The notes beneath the pieces were generated by a model. The model saw nothing but the letters and a program-made list of their open reading frames with translations. It was not told where the DNA came from and made no database searches. Positions 10,082 to 18,982 of a stretch of DNA of 64,000 nucleotides are shown one piece after another (within the stretch, counting starts at the first letter, position 1; each line of letters begins with the position of its first letter). This DNA is from an uncultured Clostridia bacterium (GTDB lineage Bacteria; Bacillota; Clostridia; Oscillospirales; Oscillospiraceae): positions 15,944 through 79,943 of the forward strand of contig CALADI010000016.1 of assembly GCA_937890525.1 (NCBI GenBank). Direction: 5' to 3'. Position numbers and translations under genes: made by a program.

Positions 10082-10273
10082 TGTGCGGCACTATTATAGC
10101 ACCTTTTCTGCACAGAGAGAATGGAAAAAAGGAAGCTGAACCTAAAAATTTTCCATAATTTCACGAACGGAATTGACATTGTCAATAAAAATCTGCGGTT
10201 CATCCATTTTTGCTTTGTAAACTATATGAATTTCTCCATACCCAAAGGGCATAGCGGGCGCTATAATAAGGCC

Positions 10274-11257
10274 ATGAAAAACAAACGGGCGCAACGCCCG
10301 GGGGAGGGAATGGAATTGAGCGAATTGGCCAAGCAGCAAAGGTCGCCCATGCGGCGGATGCTGCACCGGATCCGAAACGACTGGCTGCTGTATGTGCTGC
10401 TGCTTCCGGTTCTGATATGGTATGTGGTCTTCTGTTATCTGCCCATGGGCGGCATTACGCTGGCGTTCCGAAACTACCGGTACGATATGGGTATGTGGCA
10501 CAGCCCGTGGGTGGGGCTTCAGCATTTCAAAACCATGTTCGCAGACAGCGAGTTCTGGCGGGCATTCAAGAACACGCTGGTGTTCAGCATCGGAAGATTG
10601 ATCTTCCATTTTCCGATTCCCATTATCGTGGCGATCCTGCTCAATGAGATCCGCCACCCGGGGGTAAAGAAATTCTTCCAGACAGTATTCACTTTCCCCC
10701 ACTTCATTTCGTGGGTGGTGCTGTCGGGTATCCTCATCAACATGTTTGCCTCCAACGGCATCATCAACCAGATCCTCGGCGCACTGGGCTTCGAGCAGGT
10801 GGCGCCCCTCATGTCCCAAAGCTCGTTCCGTCCTTTTATCTGGATCTCCAATATCTGGAAGGAATTTGGCTGGGACTCCATCATCTACATGGCGGCGCTG
10901 ACCAGCATCGATCAGCAGCTCTACGAGGCTGCCAGCATCGACGGTGCCAACCGGTTCCAGAAGATGCTCCATGTGACATGGCCCGGCATTCGGGGAACGG
11001 TCTGCATCATGCTGATCCTTCAGATCGGCAGCATCATGGGCGGTGCATCCTTCGATCAGATCTTCAACCTTTATTCCTCGCCCGTCTATCCCGTTGCGGA
11101 TATCATTGATACTTATGTTTACCGTCAGTCCTTCAGCGTTGGTACCAACTTCGGCTATACCACGGCCATTGGTTTGCTCAAATCCGTGATCGGTGTGATC
11201 ATGGTGTGGAGCGCCAATAAGGTCACCACCAAGATGGGCGAAGACGGACTGTTTTAA
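10274..11257 (+). CDS. Carbohydrate ABC transporter permease (LplB/YesP-like)
   Basis: Polytopic membrane protein with the family's conserved N-terminus (WLLYVLLLPVLIWYVVFCYLPMGG). The track ORF starts at 10121, but the first 51 codons look non-coding (AT-rich, promoter-like). The start could also be 10310. Confidence 0.8.
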   Translation: MKNKRAQRPGEGMELSELAKQQRSPMRRMLHRIRNDWLLYVLLLPVLIWYVVFCYLPMGGITLAFRNYRYDMGMWHSPWVGLQHFKTMFADSEFWRAFKNTLVFSIGRLIFHFPIPIIVAILLNEIRHPGVKKFFQTVFTFPHFISWVVLSGILINMFASNGIINQILGALGFEQVAPLMSQSSFRPFIWISNIWKEFGWDSIIYMAALTSIDQQLYEAASIDGANRFQKMLHVTWPGIRGTVCIMLILQIGSIMGGASFDQIFNLYSSPVYPVADIIDTYVYRQSFSVGTNFGYTTAIGLLKSVIGVIMVWSANKVTTKMGEDGLF

Positions 11258-11271
11258 GGGAGGGCGCGGAT

Positions 11272-12153
11272 ATGAGACTCAAGCGAAAGCGCAGCTTCAC
11301 AGGGTTTGACCTGGTGCTGTATGCGGTATTTGGGGTCTTGGCGCTGATCACGCTGTACCCGTTTTACAATGTTTTGATCGTGTCGCTGTCCAACACAGTG
11401 ACCAGCGCAAAGTATTCCCCCTACCTTTATCCCCATGTATTCGATCTGACGGGATATAAGGCCATCATCAAAGATGAGTACTTCTTCCGATCCCTCGGCA
11501 CGACCCTGTTCGTCACGGTGGTGGGTACCAGCCTGAACATGATCTTCTCCGTGACGGCAGCCTATGTGCTCAGCAAAAAGAGACTGGTAGGACGGAACTT
11601 CTTCCTTAGTGCGATCCTGTTCACCATGCTGTTCTCCGGCGGACTGATCCCCACCTATCTGGTGGTGTGCGATCTGGGGCTGACCAACAGCGTGTGGAGC
11701 ATGATCCTGCCCACCATGATCAGCACATACTACCTCATCATCATGAAGAACTATTTTGCCAGCCTTCCGCCCAGTTTGGAGGAAGCCGCCCGCATCGACG
11801 GTGCCAACGACTTCACCATACTGACCCGGATCTATGTGCCCATCTCCAAGCCCTTCATGGCGACCTTCGCCCTGTTCTATGCGGTGGAGAGGTGGAACGG
11901 CTGGTGGGAAGCATTCCTGTACATCAACGATAAGAACATCAAACCCTTGCAGATCTATCTTCGGGATATTCTGGTCAGCTTCAACACCCAGCTGGGCAGC
12001 CAAGCGCAGAATATGCTCTCCGGCGACAAGGTGTTCGTCCAGTCCGTGCAGATGGCGGCCATTGTGGTCACCATGGTCCCGATTCTGTGTCTGTATCCGT
12101 TCCTGCAGAAGTATTTTGTAAAAGGTGTCATGATCGGCTCCGTCAAGGAGTGA
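11272..12153 (+). CDS. Carbohydrate ABC transporter permease (LplC/YesQ-like)
   Basis: EAA-loop region SLEEAARIDGANDFTILTRIYVPISKP, six predicted TM segments. Confidence 0.85.
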   Translation: MRLKRKRSFTGFDLVLYAVFGVLALITLYPFYNVLIVSLSNTVTSAKYSPYLYPHVFDLTGYKAIIKDEYFFRSLGTTLFVTVVGTSLNMIFSVTAAYVLSKKRLVGRNFFLSAILFTMLFSGGLIPTYLVVCDLGLTNSVWSMILPTMISTYYLIIMKNYFASLPPSLEEAARIDGANDFTILTRIYVPISKPFMATFALFYAVERWNGWWEAFLYINDKNIKPLQIYLRDILVSFNTQLGSQAQNMLSGDKVFVQSVQMAAIVVTMVPILCLYPFLQKYFVKGVMIGSVKE

Positions 12154-12189
12154 CAGAGCCGTGAATAAAATTAAAAAGGAGAGTTGGAC

Positions 12190-13818
12190 ATGAAAAAAGC
12201 AAAACGATTCTTGGCATTGACCCTGACTGCGGCAATGGCGCTGGGTATGCTGGCCGGCTGCGGCGGCTCCGGCGGCGATGAGACCACGGCCCCCCAGACA
12301 TCTGCGGTGGAGACCGGCGGCGCAGCTGCTGCCACCGAGCCTCAGGAAAAGGTAGAAATCAGCATCGCCATCTGGGGCGCAGAAGACGGCCTGGCGAATC
12401 CTGACGATCCCGTGCTGAAGAAGATCGAAGAAGAGACCGGCGTCCATCTGGTTCCCCAGAATGTGACATGGGACGACGCAGAGCAGAAGATCCAGCTGTG
12501 GGCCACCAACGGTCAGCTTCCCGACCTGTTCGCCGGCGACTTCGTGGGCAAATCCTTCTTCACCAACTGGGTGGAGCAGGGCGTCATCCGTGCGCTGCCC
12601 GATGATCTCAGCGCTTACCCCAATCTGGCTGAGCATATGCAGATGGAGCGTGCTCAGGCTGCTGCAAGAGACGGCAAGTTCTACATGATCCCCCGTACCA
12701 CCTACGGCGACATCAGCTACAGCGTGCTGGACCGCAATGTGGTCTACCGCTGGGATCTGGCACAGGCTGCCGGTGTCACCAAGGAGCCCGAGACCTATGA
12801 GGAGTTCTGCGACATGATCAAGAAGATCATCGCTGCTGACCCCGAGGGCAAGAGTGTCTCCGGTATGACTCAAGCGCTGCCTGAGCTGATCGGCGGCTTC
12901 GTCTACCCCTATGCCGGTATCATCGACAAGAAGTGGGTAGCCGACGAGAACGGCAAGTTTGTTCCCAGCTACTTCGCAGACAGAGATGCTCTGGTTCAGG
13001 CCATGCAGTTCGGTCGTGATATGTACACCGACGGTGTGATCGAGAAGGATATCGCTCTGGCAAAGCTGGAGACCAGCAAGGAAAAGTATCTGCAGGGTCA
13101 GAGTGCGGCCATGGTATTCGCATGGTCCGGTCCTGCCGGCCTGTACAACAATGTGGTTCGTGACTACGAGGCTCTGTACGGCGAGGGCAGCTTCCTGGAG
13201 GATAACCGCATCGCAAAGCTGTACCCTTCCGCTGATGGTAACAAGTACTACTTCGTGGACACCGAGGCATGGTCTGAGACCTACATTTCCTCCAAGGTGG
13301 ACGACGAGAAGATGGCAGGCATCTGCCGCTTGTTCGACTACCTCTACTCCGAGGAAGGCAGCCGTCTGGTATTCTGCGGCTTCGAGGGCGAGGACTATGA
13401 TCTGGTAGACGGCAAGGTCGTCATGAAGGACGGCGTGGTTCTGGGCGACAAGTACACCTACTGCAATGTGAACTCCAACATGAGCAGTCTGGCTATGTGG
13501 AATCCCGAGGCTTGGGACTCCTCCTTCCCCTCCACCATCCCCGCTGAGTACCGTGCGCTGAACGAAGCACGCCACGAGGATGCTGTGAAGAACGGCACTC
13601 TGCCCCAGTACTATGACAGCGTGATGTTCCTGTCCACCCCGCTGAAGGACGCTTTTGTGTACAACACCAACGACGATCTGCTTCAGATCATGATGGGCAC
13701 CGACCCCGTGGATCAGATGGTGGATGAGCTGCTGGCGAACTACGAGAGCAAGGGCCTGTCCAAGATGCTGGAGGAGGTCAACACCGTTGCCGCTGAGCAG
13801 GGCATCAAGGCAAAGTAA
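12190..13818 (+). CDS. Extracellular solute-binding lipoprotein (LplA-type, large family-1 SBP)
   Basis: Lipobox MLAGCGGSGG. About 540 aa, typical of LplA-like oligosaccharide binders. ATG 8 nt after GGAGAG (the track start at 12184 is a TTG). Confidence 0.85.
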   Translation: MKKAKRFLALTLTAAMALGMLAGCGGSGGDETTAPQTSAVETGGAAAATEPQEKVEISIAIWGAEDGLANPDDPVLKKIEEETGVHLVPQNVTWDDAEQKIQLWATNGQLPDLFAGDFVGKSFFTNWVEQGVIRALPDDLSAYPNLAEHMQMERAQAAARDGKFYMIPRTTYGDISYSVLDRNVVYRWDLAQAAGVTKEPETYEEFCDMIKKIIAADPEGKSVSGMTQALPELIGGFVYPYAGIIDKKWVADENGKFVPSYFADRDALVQAMQFGRDMYTDGVIEKDIALAKLETSKEKYLQGQSAAMVFAWSGPAGLYNNVVRDYEALYGEGSFLEDNRIAKLYPSADGNKYYFVDTEAWSETYISSKVDDEKMAGICRLFDYLYSEEGSRLVFCGFEGEDYDLVDGKVVMKDGVVLGDKYTYCNVNSNMSSLAMWNPEAWDSSFPSTIPAEYRALNEARHEDAVKNGTLPQYYDSVMFLSTPLKDAFVYNTNDDLLQIMMGTDPVDQMVDELLANYESKGLSKMLEEVNTVAAEQGIKAK

Positions 13819-13853
13819 TTCACAATAGATCCACACAGGAAACAGGAAACCGA

Positions 13854-13889
13854 GGGGGTGGGGCATCTTCGCCCCACCCCCAGTTTTTT
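13854..13889 (+). terminator. Intra-operon terminator/attenuator after the SBP gene
   Basis: 11-bp perfect stem gggggtggggc / gccccaccccc followed by agtttttt. The next gene's RBS follows 6 nt later. Confidence 0.7.
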
Positions 13890-13904
13890 GCGGAGGTTAA
13901 TCAG

Positions 13905-15554
13905 ATGTCAGCCATACCATTTTTCGGCGCAATCAGCGCCAAGGAAACATTTTTTTACCCGGATACCCCCTGCGGGGAATTACCGGAGCATCTGCGGATC
14001 GCAATGCCCCGAAACGCAAGACCGGGGATCCAGATCCTGCTGCGCTCGAATGAGGAGACAGAGCAGATCGAGCTGGTGAGCAGTCAATTCACGGGGGAAT
14101 ACTTCTGTATGCGGTCGATCCCGGTGGAGTACAACACGGGCAACGGAGAGGATCAGGGTGGCGCTATGGTGCTGGAGCAGCGTCCCGAGCGAAGACCTTC
14201 CTATGCCACCAAACTGGCGCCGTTTTGGGTATATGACTGCCTAGAGCCGGTGCCGGAGGGCACCATCACCGTCCGGGATGGTCTTGCGGCGGCTTATGTT
14301 TGTCTGATCCCCGGGGAAAACCTTCAGCCGGGGGATTACAGCGCAATGCTGCGGCTGGGCGGATATGCGTGCCGTCTTGAGATCCGGGTCTATGATGTGA
14401 CCATCCCGCTGGACAGCTTCCCGGTGACCAACTGGTTCAGTCTGGATGCCATCGAGCGGTTCCACCATGTCCAGCGGGGCACGGAGGAATTCTACGGCAT
14501 GGTTCGCCGGTATGCCCGTGCCATGCGGCGGATCCATCAGACCATGTTCTACATAGAGCTGGATGAAAGCTGCGTGGTCAGCCGGGATCCCTATCGGTTT
14601 GATTTTGAGCCCATCCGCCCCCTGATCCAATGCTTCTTCGACGAGGGAATGCAGACCATGGAGCTGGGCACACTGCTGAGCCGGGGCTTCCTGCCCGATG
14701 GAATGCCGGATATGTATACCGACAGCTTCAAGTGTGCCATGGCACCGGATGTTCCCATCGATTCGCCCCAAGGTTATGAGATCACGGTACGATTTGTGCA
14801 AAGTTTGGCGGCGTTCTTGGAAAAATACGGCTGGAAGGACAAAGTGGTGTTCCACATCCATGATGAGCCGGACATCCACACCAAGGACAGCGGGACTCTG
14901 GATGCCCGGAAGCGGCAGTATTTCCTCGCCGCCAGCATCCTGCGAAAGTATCTGCCCAATGTTCGGGTGATCGAGGCGGTCTCCTCTGCCCAGTTCCGGG
15001 GCGGGGTGGATATCTGGGTGCCCGGCACGCCGGGGTACGAGGAAAACAAAGATGCCTTTGACCGCCTGATCGCCTTGGGCGAGGAGGTCTGGGCCTATGT
15101 ATGCTGCGGCCCAGAAGGGCATTGGCTGAATCGATTCTTGGATTTTGCGCTGCTGAAAGGGCGGCTGCTGTTCTGGGGCTGCGCCAAGAACCGGCTGGGC
15201 GGGTTCCTGCATTGGGGATTTAACCAGTTCCAGATGGGCATGGATCCTTTCCGGGGGACGAGCTGCCCCAATCACACGGGCATCGGCACCAACTTCCCCT
15301 GCGGGGATGCTTTCATTGTCTACCCGGGGACAGACGGCCCATGGCCGGGGATGCGGATGGAAGCCGCCCGCCGGGGTGCGGAGGACGCATCTATGCTTCG
15401 GCTGCTGCGGGATGCAGATCCTGCCGGTCACGACGAGTTGGTAGCCCGGGTGTTCCGCAGCAACACCGACTATGACGATGACCTGGATCGCTTTGACCGG
15501 GTATACGAGGAGCTGCTGCAAAGACTGGAGCAGCTGGGCGCATCACATCCGTAA
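13905..15554 (+). CDS. Cytoplasmic DUF4091-type (GH123-like) putative glycoside hydrolase
   Basis: No signal peptide. The C-terminal half resembles the DUF4091 region as I remember it (VWAYVCCGPEGHWLNRFLDFALLKGRLLFWGCAKNRLGGFLHWGFNQF). Assignment is from memory of the family, not a search. Confidence 0.55.
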   Translation: MSAIPFFGAISAKETFFYPDTPCGELPEHLRIAMPRNARPGIQILLRSNEETEQIELVSSQFTGEYFCMRSIPVEYNTGNGEDQGGAMVLEQRPERRPSYATKLAPFWVYDCLEPVPEGTITVRDGLAAAYVCLIPGENLQPGDYSAMLRLGGYACRLEIRVYDVTIPLDSFPVTNWFSLDAIERFHHVQRGTEEFYGMVRRYARAMRRIHQTMFYIELDESCVVSRDPYRFDFEPIRPLIQCFFDEGMQTMELGTLLSRGFLPDGMPDMYTDSFKCAMAPDVPIDSPQGYEITVRFVQSLAAFLEKYGWKDKVVFHIHDEPDIHTKDSGTLDARKRQYFLAASILRKYLPNVRVIEAVSSAQFRGGVDIWVPGTPGYEENKDAFDRLIALGEEVWAYVCCGPEGHWLNRFLDFALLKGRLLFWGCAKNRLGGFLHWGFNQFQMGMDPFRGTSCPNHTGIGTNFPCGDAFIVYPGTDGPWPGMRMEAARRGAEDASMLRLLRDADPAGHDELVARVFRSNTDYDDDLDRFDRVYEELLQRLEQLGASHP

Positions 15555-15595
15555 AAATTCGTGGAGAAATTCCAAACGCCGAAAGGAGCGAGAAT

Positions 15596-17377
15596 ATGAA
15601 GGTCAACTTGTCGAAAAACTGCAAAAGACTGGCTTGCGCTGCCATGAGCATGGTACTGTGCGCTGCGGCGGCTGTCCCCATGGGCGTTCACGCCGAATCG
15701 GGATCGCAAGAGAACTGGACCATGGTGTTCAACGAAGAGTTTGACGATCCTGTTTTGGATCAGAGCAAGTTCTCCGATTCCTATCTGCCCCATTGGACGA
15801 CCACGGAGCAGAGCATCGCCCACTACGACCTGTACGACGGCATGATCTCTCTGAACATCGAGAAAGACACCCAAGGCCCGTGGTGGGCAGATGCAGGGGT
15901 CCAGAAGGTGTCCAGCATTCAGACGGGAATGCGGGACGGGATGCACCTGTTCTGGGATAGCTGCACCGTGCTGGATCACCACCGGGCGGTGACCAATTTC
16001 GAGACGAAATACGGCTATTTTGAACTCCGGGCCAAGGTTCCCGGGGACGGCGGACTGCACAGCGCATGGTGGATGATCGGAAACGAAAGCGCTGCCCATG
16101 AGACCGCCGAGATCGACATCTTTGAGATCTGCGGTCCGGACTGCAAAACCGACAAGAGCCGGGTGCGGGTGTCGGTGCATCCGTGGAAAGACAAAGATCT
16201 GCATGAGCAGTCGCTGGATTATTACCCCAAGTGCAATGTTACCGACGATTTCCATGTCTATGGCTTCGAGTGGCGCCCGGAAGGTATGAAGTTCTATTTC
16301 GACGGCGAATTGGTCAAGCAGACCAGCCAATCCCCCGACTATAAGATGACCACTCTATTGGGTATCTACGAGAATGATGCCCCCCTGTGGAGCGGTACGC
16401 CGGATTACAACAGTCAGTACCCCAAGCGCTTTGAGATCGACTATTTCCGTGCCTACAAAACTGACGAGATGCTCCAATGGGATGCCGAGGAGAACCGTCT
16501 GCCCGCGGATGGGGAGAATCTGGCGCCCTACGCCGTGGCAGGCGGGGCACAGGACTGGAGCTGGCAGAGTCCCCCCAGCAATATGATCGACAACGACGCC
16601 TATTCTGCCTTCCAGAGCAACGAAACCCCCGGCTTCCCCCAGTACCTCTATCTAGACTGGGACGAGAGCAGAACCTTTGATACCTTTGTGATGAAGACAG
16701 CCTATGGGCAGCAGCAGGCTCCTACGGAATGGACGCTGGAGGTATCTGCGGACGGGCAGAGCGACTGGACTCCGGTGGCTTCCTCCGGTCAGGTGCAATG
16801 GCAGAGCAATGACTGGCATGTGGACAGTCACACCATGACCTTTGACCCGGTGCAGGCCAAGGCGCTGCGCATCCGCATCGACAGCGCAAATCTGGAGTGG
16901 AACCACTATGCCATCAACGAGATCCAAGTGTGGAACTCCGGGACTGCCCCGGTGGGTGTGAATGTGGCATCGGAGACCACCTCGGAGTGGAACAGTCCCA
17001 ACGGAGGACTGCTCACCGATGGGGACCGCTACGCTGCGGCCCAGAGCAAGGACCGCCCCGGGTTCCCGGAGCCCATCGTCCTGCGGTGGACTAGACCGGT
17101 GTCGCTGAACCGGGTGGATCTGTACAGCTGGTATGCCCGCCATCAGGCGCCCACCAGCGTATCGATCCAAGTGTCCTGTGACGATGGCGCTACATGGCAG
17201 GAAGTCCTGCCCCAGACGGCGCTGGAATGGATGTACGAGGACGAGACATTGGAGTGCAGCAGCTTGTCCTTTCCGCGGGTGGATGGGGTGACGCAGTTGA
17301 AACTGACCGTCCATGATGGAAATCTAAAATGGAAGCACTTTGCCATCAATGAACTGGAAGCCTATTTGGAATCATAA
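15596..17377 (+). CDS. Secreted GH16 endo-glycanase with two C-terminal F5/8-type-C (discoidin/CBM32-like) modules
   Basis: Signal peptide (AAAAVPMGVHA/ES). GH16 catalytic motif EIDIFE (ExDxxE). Two roughly 140-aa repeats ending HYAINEIQVWN and HFAINELEAYL. Confidence 0.8.
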   Translation: MKVNLSKNCKRLACAAMSMVLCAAAAVPMGVHAESGSQENWTMVFNEEFDDPVLDQSKFSDSYLPHWTTTEQSIAHYDLYDGMISLNIEKDTQGPWWADAGVQKVSSIQTGMRDGMHLFWDSCTVLDHHRAVTNFETKYGYFELRAKVPGDGGLHSAWWMIGNESAAHETAEIDIFEICGPDCKTDKSRVRVSVHPWKDKDLHEQSLDYYPKCNVTDDFHVYGFEWRPEGMKFYFDGELVKQTSQSPDYKMTTLLGIYENDAPLWSGTPDYNSQYPKRFEIDYFRAYKTDEMLQWDAEENRLPADGENLAPYAVAGGAQDWSWQSPPSNMIDNDAYSAFQSNETPGFPQYLYLDWDESRTFDTFVMKTAYGQQQAPTEWTLEVSADGQSDWTPVASSGQVQWQSNDWHVDSHTMTFDPVQAKALRIRIDSANLEWNHYAINEIQVWNSGTAPVGVNVASETTSEWNSPNGGLLTDGDRYAAAQSKDRPGFPEPIVLRWTRPVSLNRVDLYSWYARHQAPTSVSIQVSCDDGATWQEVLPQTALEWMYEDETLECSSLSFPRVDGVTQLKLTVHDGNLKWKHFAINELEAYLES

Positions 17378-17387
17378 GACAGGGGGA

Positions 17388-18884
17388 ATGTGTGTGAAGA
17401 TCCCATATTTGCCGGAGGAGGTCTGGTTTGGCGGCGCTGTGACAGATGGCGTGGCGCAGCCCTATACCGCCGCTTTCCGTGGAACGCTGGATCTGACGGT
17501 GAATCGGACGCCGAACCAGATGACGCCGATCCTGCTGTCCACGGCAGGACGGTGGTTGTACCATCTCAAGGGGATGACGGTGTCCTTTGCCGAGGACGGC
17601 ATCCGTTGCAGCGAGGGCACCCAGCTCCACCACGGGGGAAGCTGCCTGAAAGATGCCTATCTGGACGCTGTGAAGACGGCATTCCCCTTTGAACGGGGAA
17701 TGCCCGATGAACGGCTGTTCCGTGGGCCTGTGTACAACACCTGGATCGAGCTGATCTTTGGTCAGCGGCAGGAGCGGATCTTAGCCTATGCCCAAAATCT
17801 GTTGAATGCGGGAATGCCCGCCGGGGTGCTGATGATTGACGACGGATGGAGCGATTACTACGGGAAATGGGAATTCTCTCCGGGGAAATTCCCAAATCCG
17901 GGGCAGATGCTCAGCCGCCTAAAGGAAATGGGATTTGCGGTGATGGTGTGGGTGGTGCCCTTTATCACCGCTGACACCGTGGAGTACCGGGATTTGCGGG
18001 ACAGGGGGCTGCTGGTCTGCGACAGCACGGGGCAGGTACACATTGCCCGGTGGTGGAACGGCTGCTCGGCGGTGCTGGATATGACCAAGCCGGAAGCCTG
18101 CGCTTGGCTTCGGGAAAAGCTGGATGCGCTGATGGCACTGGGGGTGGAAGGATTCAAGTTTGATGCCGGAGACCCCGACTTCTACCCGGAGGATATCGAT
18201 GTAACGCCGTCGGAACACAGCCAAAGCTGGACGGATTTCGGCTCAGCTTACAAACTCAATGAATTCCGCTCCAGCGAATCCGCAAGCGGTCTGGCGCTGA
18301 TGCAGCGCCAATGCGACAAAGATCACAGCTGGAACGAACGGGGACTGGAAGCCCTGATCCCCGATGCCATCGTCCAGAGCATGACAGGGTACCCATTTCT
18401 GTGCCCGGATATGATCGGCGGGGGAGAGTATCTCAGCTTCCGCGATCTTCAGGTTTTTGACGAGGAACTGGTGGTGCGCTGGGCGCAGATCGCCGCATTG
18501 ATGCCGGTGATGCAGTTTTCCGCCGCACCGTGGCGTGTCCTCTCGCCGGAGAATTTTGCCCGGGTCATGGATGCCGTAGCAATGCGGAAGCGGTATCAGA
18601 GCCACATCGACCGGGCATTGGGCGAATGCGTCCGTGGGGGCGGCCCAGTCCTGCGCCCCATGACCTATGAATTCCCGGAGGATCTAGCCTGCCGTGATAT
18701 CATGGATCAGTTCATGCTGGGTTCTGAGGTGCTGGCGGCGCCTATCACGAAAAAGGGCTGCACCAGCCGGCAGGTCTACCTTCCTGTCGGAGTATGGCGG
18801 GAAGTTTCCACCGGCGCTGTGGTCAGCGGTGGACAAATGGTGCAAACCCAGTCGGATCTTCCGGTATATGAGCGGGTGAAGTAA
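17388..18884 (+). CDS. Cytoplasmic GH31-family glycosidase
   Basis: The barrel region parallels YicI-type GH31: WEFSPGKFPNPGQMLSRLKEMGFAVMVWVVPFI, and nucleophile context GVEGFKFDAGD (compare GVDCFKTDFGE). No signal peptide. Start chosen after the GH16 stop; a GTG at 17394 is also possible. Confidence 0.65.
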   Translation: MCVKIPYLPEEVWFGGAVTDGVAQPYTAAFRGTLDLTVNRTPNQMTPILLSTAGRWLYHLKGMTVSFAEDGIRCSEGTQLHHGGSCLKDAYLDAVKTAFPFERGMPDERLFRGPVYNTWIELIFGQRQERILAYAQNLLNAGMPAGVLMIDDGWSDYYGKWEFSPGKFPNPGQMLSRLKEMGFAVMVWVVPFITADTVEYRDLRDRGLLVCDSTGQVHIARWWNGCSAVLDMTKPEACAWLREKLDALMALGVEGFKFDAGDPDFYPEDIDVTPSEHSQSWTDFGSAYKLNEFRSSESASGLALMQRQCDKDHSWNERGLEALIPDAIVQSMTGYPFLCPDMIGGGEYLSFRDLQVFDEELVVRWAQIAALMPVMQFSAAPWRVLSPENFARVMDAVAMRKRYQSHIDRALGECVRGGGPVLRPMTYEFPEDLACRDIMDQFMLGSEVLAAPITKKGCTSRQVYLPVGVWREVSTGAVVSGGQMVQTQSDLPVYERVK

Positions 18885-18890
18885 AAAGAA

Positions 18891-18930
18891 TGCGGCAGTC
18901 TGCCATGGGCAGACTGCCGCAATTTCAAAT
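18891..18930 (+). terminator. Terminator of the glycan-utilisation operon
   Basis: 14-bp stem tgcggcagtctgcc / ggcagactgccgca followed by atttcaaat. Confidence 0.6.
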
Positions 18931-18972
18931 CAAAAACAACAGGCGTGCATCCGTGGGGAAGCACGCCTGTTT
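18931..18972 (-). terminator. Terminator of the LRR-protein gene
   Basis: Minus strand aacaggcgtgc...gcacgcctgtt hairpin followed by gtttttgatttg. Confidence 0.6.
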
Positions 18973-18982
18973 TGCGATGAGG

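Noticed and set aside
10121-10273. N-terminal 51-codon extension of the first ABC permease in the ORF track
   Set aside because: The extension is AT-rich, lies in the divergent promoter region, includes a TATAAT-like box, and adds residues not found at the N-terminus of LplB-type permeases. An internal Met was chosen instead.
11254-13866. 870-aa ORF on the minus strand
   Set aside because: Antisense to the ABC permease and solute-binding protein genes. No RBS or motifs. Artefact of high GC content.
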